A DNA stretch of 64,000 bases from an uncultured delta proteobacterium (lineage in GTDB: Bacteria; Myxococcota; Myxococcia; Myxococcales; Myxococcaceae), in the NCBI GenBank assembly GCA_963771175.1, contig CAVYSY010000003.1, positions 96,001 through 160,000 of the forward strand, written 5' to 3'. Of this stretch, positions 55,617 to 64,000 are shown piece by piece (position 1 is the first letter of the stretch; the number at the start of each line of letters is the position of its first letter). A model generated the notes under the pieces. That model did not search any database. It was given only the letters and a program-made list of their open reading frames with translations, and was not told the origin of the DNA. A program made the translations under genes and the position numbers.

Positions 55617-57292
55617 ATGCCGCACGCCCGCCTCCCGCGCCTTCTCCCCGTCCTCACCCTGACGGCTTGCATCTCGGGCCCGACCACGCCCACCGGGAAC
55701 GAGCCCGCAGCGACAACCCCCGTGGAGCTGGCTCCGCCCGCGGGCAACCAGTGGTACCAGCACGCCGTCTTCTACGAGGTCTTCGTCCGCAGCTTCCAGG
55801 ACTCCAACGGAGACGGCAAAGGCGACCTGCCCGGCCTCATCTCGCGCCTGGACTACCTCAACGACGGCGACCCGAACACCACCACGGACCTCGGCGTGGA
55901 CGCGCTGTGGCTGATGCCCGTCTTCGACTCGCCCAGCTACCACGGCTACGACGTGATGGACTACGCGCGCATCCACCCGGACTACGGCACCGTGGAGGAC
56001 TTCGAGCGGCTGCTGCACCGAAGCGCCCACCGTCGGGGCATGCGCGTCATCGTCGACCTCGTGCTCAACCACACCAGCTCGCAGCACCCGTGGTTCGTGG
56101 AGTCCGCCTCAGCTCCGGACTCGCCCAGGCGCGACTGGTACATGTGGAGCGACAAGCGACCTGGGCTGGAAGCCGCCCTGGGACATCTTCGCCTCAGGCA
56201 CCACCTGGCACGCGCACAACGGCGCGTACTACTACGGCGTCTTCTGGGGCGGCATGCCGGACCTCAACCTCGAAGACGCCCGCGGTGCGCGAGGAGGTCA
56301 AGCGCATCGCCTCCTCCTGGCTGGCCAAGGGCGTGGACGGCTTCCGGCTGGACGCGGCGCGCTACCTCATCGAGACGGGCGGCGGGCTGACGAGCCAGGC
56401 CGACACGACAGAGACGCACGCCTTCTGGAAGGAGTTCGCCGCGCATGTGCGCGGGGTGAAGCCGGACGCGGTGCTGGTGGGAGAGAACTGGACCACCACG
56501 CCGCTCATCGCCACGTACTACGGCTCCACGGCCCGGGTACCCGGCGGGGACGAGCTGCCACTCAACTTCAACTTCCCCCTGGCCGAGCAGATGATGGCAG
56601 CGGCCCGGGAGGGCAACGCCACGGGCCTGGCCCTCAAGCTGGCGGAGATGCGCACCCATTACCCCGCGGGCGTGGCGGATGCGCCCTTCCTCACCAACCA
56701 CGACCATGTGCGCGTGGCCACGCAGTTGGAGCAGCACGCGGGCCGGCTGGCCAACGCGGCGGCCCTGCTGCTCACCTTGCCCGGCGCGCCCTTCCTCTAC
56801 TACGGCGAGGAGGTGGGCTTGGCCAATGGCACCACCCGCAACGACGAGGCCAAGCGTACGCCCATGCCCTGGAATGCCGACACGGGCGGAGGCTTCACCA
56901 CCGGCTCTCCCTGGTTCTCCTTCGCCCCGGGTCGCGAGCAGTCCAACGTGGCCACGCAGGTGGGTGCCCCCAGCTCCCTGCTCTCGCGCTACCGCGCCCT
57001 CATCCACGCCCGCCACGCCTCGGTGGCCCTAGCTCGCGGGGGCCTCACCCTGCTCACCTCCACCCAGGGCCACTCGCCCACGTTCGCCTTCGTGCGCACG
57101 CTGGGCGAGGAGCGAGTGCTGGTGGTGCACAACCTCACCGACTCCTCCGTGAGGGCCGGCCCCTTCGCACTGCCGGGGGAGTCCGCCGAGGTGCTCTTCG
57201 CCGACCCCTCCGTGGGCTCACCCCTCGGGAGGGACGGGAGTTGGAGCGTCACCCTGCCCGCTCGTGCCACCGGCATCTGGCGCCTGCGGTAG
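55617..57292 (+). CDS. GH13 alpha-amylase lipoprotein (frameshifts near 56155 and 56270)
   Basis: Lipobox [52 protein letters not shown]. Confidence 0.9.
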
Positions 57293-58253
57293 AGCGGGCG
57301 AAGCAGGCACTACCGCCGGCCATGGCGGGGCCCTCGGTCCGAGCACCTCCTCCTGACGCACGCCCTGGGGCACCAGCAGGTCCACCACGGGCGACTGACC
57401 CGGATCTCCGAGGCGCCCGCCGCCGAAGCGCTCCGCGGACACGCCCGGGCCAATGCCCAGCACCATCATCCCTTGCGGGGCGGCGTGGTGAGGCCGCCGA
57501 GGAAGGCGGGCATCTCCACCCGGCGCTCCAGCCAGGTCCCGGTGACGGCCACCGCGTAGCCCCAGGTGGCCTGGGCTTGGCCCCCGAGGAAGTCCTCCGG
57601 GACGAAGAAGGACACAGTGGGGCCGATGATGTGGATGCGCGTGGGGAAGAAGACATGCGCCGCCAACTGCCGTTCCACCTGCTCATCCACGGCGCGCACG
57701 GCCGACTCGCTCAGGGCCCCCTGCGCGCTGCTGGGCCTCCATGCGCGCCTGCTCCCGCCACAGCTTGCGCAGCACGTCGCGCGCCTCGTAGGGCCTCGGA
57801 GTGAGGACGAGGGCCTTCTCCCAGGCACTGCCCGGCGCGAGCACGAGGTTGCGGCCGGGCAGCGTGTCCGTGCGGCCCGAGCCCTCCGCGCGGTCCCTGT
57901 CCACGTACACGTCCAGGTTGAGGGTGTAGAAGCCGTGACGGGCCAGGTCCGCCACCGTGGTGCCCGCCGCGTCCACCGTGCGCCCGCGGCGGCCTGGGAA
58001 TGGGCCGGGCGAAGGTGGCCTCGAAGCGCGTCCCCCCGCTCTCGGCGTACGCGCGGAAGGCCAGCACATCTAACGCGCCGGGCTGCAGGTCGTCGCGGCG
58101 CAGCGGGTAGCGCAGTTCTCCATCCCCATGGTCGTCCCCGCGCGGGTCCTCCAAGGTGAAGAGCAGCGTGTCACCCCGCGTGCCGCGCGCCTGGCAGGCG
58201 CAGGCCAGCACGGACATCAGCAGGGGCAGGGAGAGGCGGCGGAGCAGCATCAT
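57218..58253 (-). CDS. Glucodextranase C-terminal/DOMON-like domain lipoprotein (frameshifted)
   Basis: LAC signal; DPRGDDHGDG..YP, LDVYVD...GSG....LPG.N....AWE, RFGGG, VVDLL. Confidence 0.7.
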
Positions 58254-58276
58254 GGCGGAAGTTCCTCGGGGGCCAG

Positions 58277-58319
58277 AAAACACGAGGGGCCCGGCGGGCG
58301 TCACCGCGCGCCGGGCCCC
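58277..58319 (-). terminator. Intrinsic terminator-like hairpin after the barrel gene
   Basis: GGGGCCCGGCG-N12-CGCCGGGCCCC followed on the minus strand by TCGTGTTTT. Confidence 0.65.
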
Positions 58320-58339
58320 CTAGGACTGTGGGAGGACGA

Positions 58340-60561
58340 CTAGAACTGCGCCTTCATGAACATCTTGAGACGCATGTGCTCGAAGTTGCGCGTCTCCAGG
58401 CTGTTCCAGCCACCGTAGCGGCCGGAGAAGCCACTCGAGCCCTCCGCGACGTTGTGGTCCGCGGCGATCGTCTCGTCGGCGATCTGAGGCACGAAGCCCG
58501 TGCCGAAGTCCGGCGTGAAGCTACCAAAGGCGTACTGGCCCTCGAGACCGAACTCCACGCCCGCCAGGATGTACTTGGCCCGGAGGGAGAGCTGGTTGCG
58601 GTCGTGCTTGCCGGACACCATCTCGTGCATGTTGTACCCCTGGAGGGCGGTGTTGCCGTCCTTCAGGTCCACCAGGAACTTGGTGTAGCCCAGCGACATG
58701 TACAGGTCGTCCGTCAGCTGGTAGCCCGCGCCGATGTTGAAGCTGGTGTAGTTCAGCTCGCGATCGTCATCCGCGATGTTGTCGAAGGGCTTCCACTTGT
58801 AGCCCGTCACCCCGTCGACGGTGATGGGGTCCGGGTTGCTGAAGTAGTCGCCAGTGCTGTTGCCCTCGCTGTACTCGCGCTTGTTGTCGGCGCACCCCGA
58901 GCCATCCGCCGCGCAGTCCCCGTCCTGGTAGGGCAGGTACTTGGCGTCGTTCAGGCGCTTGTCGTTCTCGTAGATGTACTTGACCTTGCCGAACACGTCG
59001 ACGCCGCGGCCGAAGTCCAGCACGTAGCGGGCCTTGGCCACCAGGATGTGGGTCTGCTTGTCCTGGAAGGGCTGGTAGGCGCTGCGGAAGTTGTGGCCGA
59101 CTCCGGTGTCCAGTTCCGCGCCCGGGTAGTCAGTGTTGGTGATGGACCGGGAGTCGTCACCCCAGGCCTGCCAGTTGGTGTTGTAGGTAATGAACGAGTA
59201 CTCACCGGACAGGTCCAGCGCGCCGTTGGTGAACACCGGGTTGAGGGTCAGGCCCTGCCAGCCGATGGCCGTCTCCGCCATGGGCTCGTCGAAGTCGGTG
59301 AACTCGTTGTCCACGTTGATGGTGGCGACCTGCTGGGTCTCGTTGGTCCAACCGCCGTAGCCGATGCGGCTGGGGTTGCCCTTGAAGACGCCGTAGCCGG
59401 CATTGGAGGGACCGGGGAAGGCGAACGAGGCGTCGTGGCCTTCGGTCAGCAGCACGTCCGACTCACGCCGGGCGGCCATGATCGACACGTAGTCGGCGCC
59501 GATGCTGAACGCCTGCGCGTTGAGAGACAGGCCGATGTCCAGCGGGTCGCTGACCGTGACGTCGAGCTTCCAGGTGTTGTCCTCCGTCTTGCCCGCCAGC
59601 ACCGGCGAGTAGCCGTTGATGCCGAAGCTCTTGGGCACCCAGCGCGGATCCTTGTCGTCGGTGCCGAAGCAGTTCGTGTTCTCCGCGTGCATGTACGAGC
59701 GGTAGAAGGCAGCCGCGCACGTCCACGGAGGAGCCGAGGTGGAGGCCGGCCTTGAGGCCGCCCACGCCGTTGCGGAAGCGCGGGTAGAGGTCCCGCCCGT
59801 TGTCCAGTGTGGAGTCCGAGGTGTTCAGCTCGTTGTCGATGGCGTACTGGAAGATGCCACCCACGTCGAACATGTCGTTGACGACGTACTTGGTCTGGAA
59901 GACGTAGGCGGCGTCCGTGGCGTGGAAGGCGCCCGTCTTGTAGTTGGGGCCGGCCCACAAGCGGGGCAGGGAGATGCCGGCCGCGTCCCACGTCAGCTTG
60001 CGCTCGAGCGCCGAGCCCTGGACGAGCACGCCGTAGGCGTTGTCGCGGTCGATGTAGCGGATACGGCCGACGACGTGCGGGTCGAACTGACCGAAGTCGT
60101 TGGCACCGATGGTGGCCGAGTCGACGAGGTAGCCCGGCGTCAGGGTGACGGCGAGGCCACGCAGCTTGATGTACTGGTTGGAGCGCTGGTCGAACTCGCC
60201 GCAGTTACCGGCGGTGCAGTTGGCGGAGGGGCTCCCGCCGAAGCCGCCGAAGTTCGTCCAGAAGTTCTGGCTGAAGCGGCTGTGGAGGCGACCGCGCACC
60301 TCGACCGCGCTGGACAGCCGCGCGTTGAGGAGCAGCTCGAGTTCGGTGCCGATACCGTTCTCGCCGTAGCCCTCATCCGGGATGGTGGTGAAGTTGAACA
60401 TCGCGCCCTGGCTGCGCTGGTTGCCGTACAGCCACTTGGTGTACGTCGTGCCGCCAATCTTGAGCGTAGGCGACCGAATCCTGGGCCATGGAAGCAGCGG
60501 GCAGCAGGGAGGCAGCGGCGGTCAGGGCAACAGCGCCCTTCCGCATGGACTTCATCTTCAT
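58340..60561 (-). CDS. Uncharacterised outer-membrane beta-barrel protein, putative sugar porin (frameshifts near 60450 and 59710)
   Basis: Signal ...ASMA|Q; alternating aromatic beta-strands; terminal beta-signal MRLKMFMKAQF. Confidence 0.7.
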
Positions 60562-60675
60562 GAGTGATTCCCCTCTCTTGGCAGCCAATACCGGGAAGGG
60601 GGCTTCCCGGCTGCCGGTGCGAGCGGTTCCTCACCGCTCGCACGGCCATCCGGCAGAAACTCGACTCTGGGAAGA

Positions 60676-61515
60676 CTACTTCTGCTCCTCGGCCACCGGC
60701 TTCTTCGCGCCGCCCACCATGGTGAGCGTGGCGGGCTTCTTCGCGGAGCCGTCCTCGGCGCACTCGTAGCTCAGCATCTCGTGCTGGGCCTTCACCTCGG
60801 AGGCGTCGCCCTTGCCCTCGCCGGCGAGCACGTCGATGGCGTGCGGATCGCAGTCGCCGTCGTTGCCGCCGCCGAAGCGGTGCTGGCCCTCGTACTCGTT
60901 CACCTTGCGGGTCAGCAGGTCATTGCCCGCGGGGAAGCCCTCGTTGGACTGCACCACCACCTGGAAGTGCCACTGCGAGGGGTCACCCTCCAGGCCGGCC
61001 AGGTCCACGGTGGAGCTCACCTTGCGGCCCGAGCCCTTGGTGCGGTTGGGGACGAGGACGTTGTCCTTGGCGGCGCCGGCCTTGTTGCCCGCCTCGGCCT
61101 TCACGCGCGCGGAGTTCTGCGGCGAGATGATGATGACCTTCTCCCAGGCGTTCGCCGGGGCGAACTTCACGTTCAGGCCGGGCAGACCCTCGGTGGAGCC
61201 GCTGCCCTCCTTGCCGTCCGTGTCGATGAAGACGAAGGCCATCTGCACGGAGAACCCGTTGCCCATCTTCCACGCGTCCTCGAGCGTGGTGTTGAAGCCC
61301 AGGGTGATGTCCGCCTTGGAGCCCTTCTTCTCGAAGGTGAAGTCCGTCAGGTCGAACGAGCCGCGCTTGTACACGGTGTCGGTCGGGTACTTGTAGCTAC
61401 CCGGACCGTTGTCGTCACCGGTCGGGTCCTTGAAGGACACCTTGTCACCGGCCAGGGCGGGGGCGCCCAGGAGCGCCGCGGCCAGGGAGATCACAGCGAA
61501 ACGCGAGGTCTTCAT
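60676..61515 (-). CDS. Periplasmic glucodextranase C-terminal/DOMON-like domain protein
   Basis: Signal peptide; DPTGDDNGPGSYKYPT, GFS.Q...VFID, LPG.N, RFGGG, IDVL. Confidence 0.82.
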   Translation of the reverse strand: MKTSRFAVISLAAALLGAPALAGDKVSFKDPTGDDNGPGSYKYPTDTVYKRGSFDLTDFTFEKKGSKADITLGFNTTLEDAWKMGNGFSVQMAFVFIDTDGKEGSGSTEGLPGLNVKFAPANAWEKVIIISPQNSARVKAEAGNKAGAAKDNVLVPNRTKGSGRKVSSTVDLAGLEGDPSQWHFQVVVQSNEGFPAGNDLLTRKVNEYEGQHRFGGGNDGDCDPHAIDVLAGEGKGDASEVKAQHEMLSYECAEDGSAKKPATLTMVGGAKKPVAEEQK

Positions 61516-61546
61516 TTGTAACTTCTCCTTGCTGAGAGAACGACGA

Positions 61547-62425
61547 CTAGCCCTTGACGCTCCCGGCGGTGAGGCCGGACACGAGGTACTTCTGGAGGAA
61601 CAGGAAGAGGATGACGACGGGCACCGAGACGATGATGGAGCCGGCGGCGAAGTAGCCCCACTGCTGCGAGAAGCCGCCCACGAAGAAGCGCAGGCCCACC
61701 GGCGCCGTGTACATCGCCTCCTGATCCATGAAGGTCGCCGCGAGGATGAACTCGTTCCACGCGGTCATGAACGAGAAGAGCGCCGTCACCGCCACCGCCG
61801 GCTTGGCCAGCGGCAGGATGATGGTCCAGAAGATCTTCCCCACCGAGGCGCCCTCGATGAGCGCGGCCTCCTCCAGGTCCTTGGGAATGGTGTCGAAGTA
61901 CCCCTTGAGCATCCACACGCTGAAGGGGATGGAGGTGGTGGCGTAGACGATCATCAGACCGAAGCGCGAGCTGCCCAGCCCCAGCCACTGCACCAGGATG
62001 ATGTAGAGGGGAATGAGCATCAGCGTGCCCGGGAACATCTGGGACACGAGGAAGGCCATCATGCCCGCGCGCTGGCCCGGGAACTTGAAGCGGCTGAAGG
62101 CGTAGGCCGCGGTGCAGGCGAGGAACACGCCCACCACCGTGGTGCCCAGCGCGATGATGGCGCTGTTGAACATCCACTGTCCGAAGGGCTGCTTCGTCAT
62201 CACATCGACGAAGTTCGCGCCCGACCACGTCTCCGGCCACGGCGTGACGGCACGCACGCGGTCCATGAACGTGGGCTCGGCGGGCAGCGTGGAGATGGCC
62301 AGGCTCTGCTTGCCCGAGAAGGCAATCGAGATGACCCAGAGGATGGGGTAGATGGTGAAGAGGGTGAACCCCGTCAGCAGCACGTGCAGCGGCCAGTGGG
62401 GCACCCCATCGCGACGCGAGAACAT
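61547..62425 (-). CDS. malG: Maltodextrin ABC permease MalG-like
   Basis: YAFSRFKFPG, KGYFDTIP.DLEEAALIEGA, WNEF, SGLTAGSVKG. Confidence 0.9.
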   Translation of the reverse strand: MFSRRDGVPHWPLHVLLTGFTLFTIYPILWVISIAFSGKQSLAISTLPAEPTFMDRVRAVTPWPETWSGANFVDVMTKQPFGQWMFNSAIIALGTTVVGVFLACTAAYAFSRFKFPGQRAGMMAFLVSQMFPGTLMLIPLYIILVQWLGLGSSRFGLMIVYATTSIPFSVWMLKGYFDTIPKDLEEAALIEGASVGKIFWTIILPLAKPAVAVTALFSFMTAWNEFILAATFMDQEAMYTAPVGLRFFVGGFSQQWGYFAAGSIIVSVPVVILFLFLQKYLVSGLTAGSVKG

Positions 62426-64000
62426 CAGGCGGCCTCCGTGGCGCGGGACATGCGGTTCTGCACCACGCTGTAGAGCAGCAGGATGCCGAAGATGACGGTC
62501 GAGTACGCCGCCGCGTACCCGTAGCGGTAGCGCTGGAAGGCGAACTTGTAGGCCTGGGTCACGAGGATTTCCGTCGAGTTGCCCGGCTCGCCCTCGGTCA
62601 CCAGGAAGATGATGTTGAACATGTTGAAGGTCCAGACGACCGACAGGATGACGGCCGGGACCAGCGCGGGCTTGAGCGCGGGCAGGGTAATCGCGGTGAA
62701 CTGCTGCCAGCGAGTGGCGCCGTCCACGCGCGCGGCCTCGTAGAGCTCCACCGGGATGGACGTCAGCGCGCCGAGCGACACCACCATCATGAAGGGGAAG
62801 CTGAGCCAGCCGTTGGTGGCCAGCGCCGTGAAGAACGAGGTGGTGGGCGTGTCGTACCAGGCGAGCGCCCTGGCCGCCGAACATCCGCAGGACGTGGTTC
62901 ACCACGCCGAACTGCTGGTGGAACATGCCCTTCCAGATGAGCGCGGTGATGTAGTTGGGCATGGCCCACGGCAGGATGAGCAGCACGCGGTACACCGGCC
63001 GCAGCGCCAGCCCCTGCACGTTGAGCATGAGGGCCAGCACCAGGCCCACCGTCACGCCGATGGTCACGTTGGTGACCGTCCACACCACCGTGAAGAAGAG
63101 CGTGTAGTAGAAGTTGAGGTAGTTGAAGACGAGCGACCCGTCCTGCGCCCGCTTGGCGATGTTGAAGTCGCCGAGAATCTCCACGTAGTTGCGCAGGCCG
63201 ACCCAGATGTCCGACAGCGGCTGCGCCGTGTTGTAGAGGTTGGAGTCGGTGAAGGACAGCGTAATCCCGTAGAAGAACGGGAAGAAGACGAGCACCACCA
63301 TGCCCACCATGGCGGGGGCGATGTAGAGGTACGCGTCGCGGTACTCCACCACCGTGCTCACCGTCCGGGCCAGGCCGCCCATGCCGATGAAGAGCAGCAG
63401 CGCGAGCGACAGCACGCCCAGGGCACCGAGCGCACGGCCCACGCCCGAGCTCAGCTCGCCCACGCGCGCGGAGACCACCGCCTCGTTCACCGCACCCTCG
63501 GGCGTGACCAGCCCGAGCGGACGGCGGAAGTGGTCCGCGTCCCAGGTGCCCGGCTGCAGCGCCGGCTCGACCGCGAGCTGACGCTCGGTCATCACGGCCT
63601 GGGCCCGCTCCGACATGGCGCGCAGTTGCCCGGCCACCACGGTCTGCGTCTGGCGCACCTCGGCGCCCAGCAGCTCTCGCGAGTAGGAGGCATAGCCGCC
63701 CAGGCCCACCGCGAGCGCCACCGCGGACACGGCGACGAGCGCGCCCTGACGGCGCACCACGAGGGACGCCGCGCCACACAGCGCCAGCGGCGCCAGGAAC
63801 CACAGGAGCGCCGACCCCGTGCTCGGCTTCAGCGGGGCCGCCAGCGGGGCCGTGGCCAGCTCCACCAGGCCCACCACCGCGCCATCCACCTCCACCGGCG
63901 CGCTCAGCAGGCGCCCACCGTTGGGCAGCGCCTCGGTCTCCACCTCCACCTTGCGCGCGGAGCCCTCCTCGCGGTTCGTCTCCACCGCGGCGCGCAGTCG
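62425..64000 (-). CDS. malF: Maltodextrin ABC permease MalF-like with large N-terminal extension, 5' part outside window (frameshift near 62870)
   Basis: VGLRNY, ILPWAMP, LYEAARVDGA..WQQF..ITLP, FNMFN, YGYAAA. Confidence 0.85.

Noticed and set aside
61547..63985. MalF-MalG fusion of 812 aa
   Set aside because: Produced by a frameshift near 62870; the true MalF C-terminus is ORF 62425..62790 and malG has its own ATG

Overview
High-GC myxobacterial chromosome segment (Archangium/Cystobacter-like, judged from MYXO-CTERM, DUF2381 and T4P minor pilins). From left to right: the 3' part of a graspetide ATP-grasp ligase with an acyltransferase stub; a sigma54-driven fimU-pilV-pilW-pilX-pilY1 cluster; proS; an adenylate cyclase/response regulator/histidine kinase unit; several large Cys-rich or Ig-rich surface lipoproteins; a DUF2381 + membrane Ser/Thr kinase pair; livKHMGF; grpE-dnaK-kinase; an extracellular EEP/LTD nuclease; a 7-unit palindromic tandem array; an ABC exporter/epimerase/monooxygenase unit; a cereblon-like gene overlapping larC-larB; and an alpha-glucan utilization locus of about 15 kb (MYXO-CTERM pullulanase, amylase, two DOMON-like proteins, an unclassified outer-membrane barrel, MalF/G). 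Many genes, including proS, carry single-base frameshifts, which most likely reflect sequencing or assembly indels. Best candidates for an undescribed system: (1) the DUF2381-kinase pair, possibly a T4SS-core-like trans-envelope signalling unit with a nested lipoprotein; (2) the alpha-glucan locus with a non-LamB/non-SusC barrel; (3) cereblon-larBC. No tRNA, rRNA, CRISPR array or transposase was recognised. All family assignments are by eye; no database searches were run.
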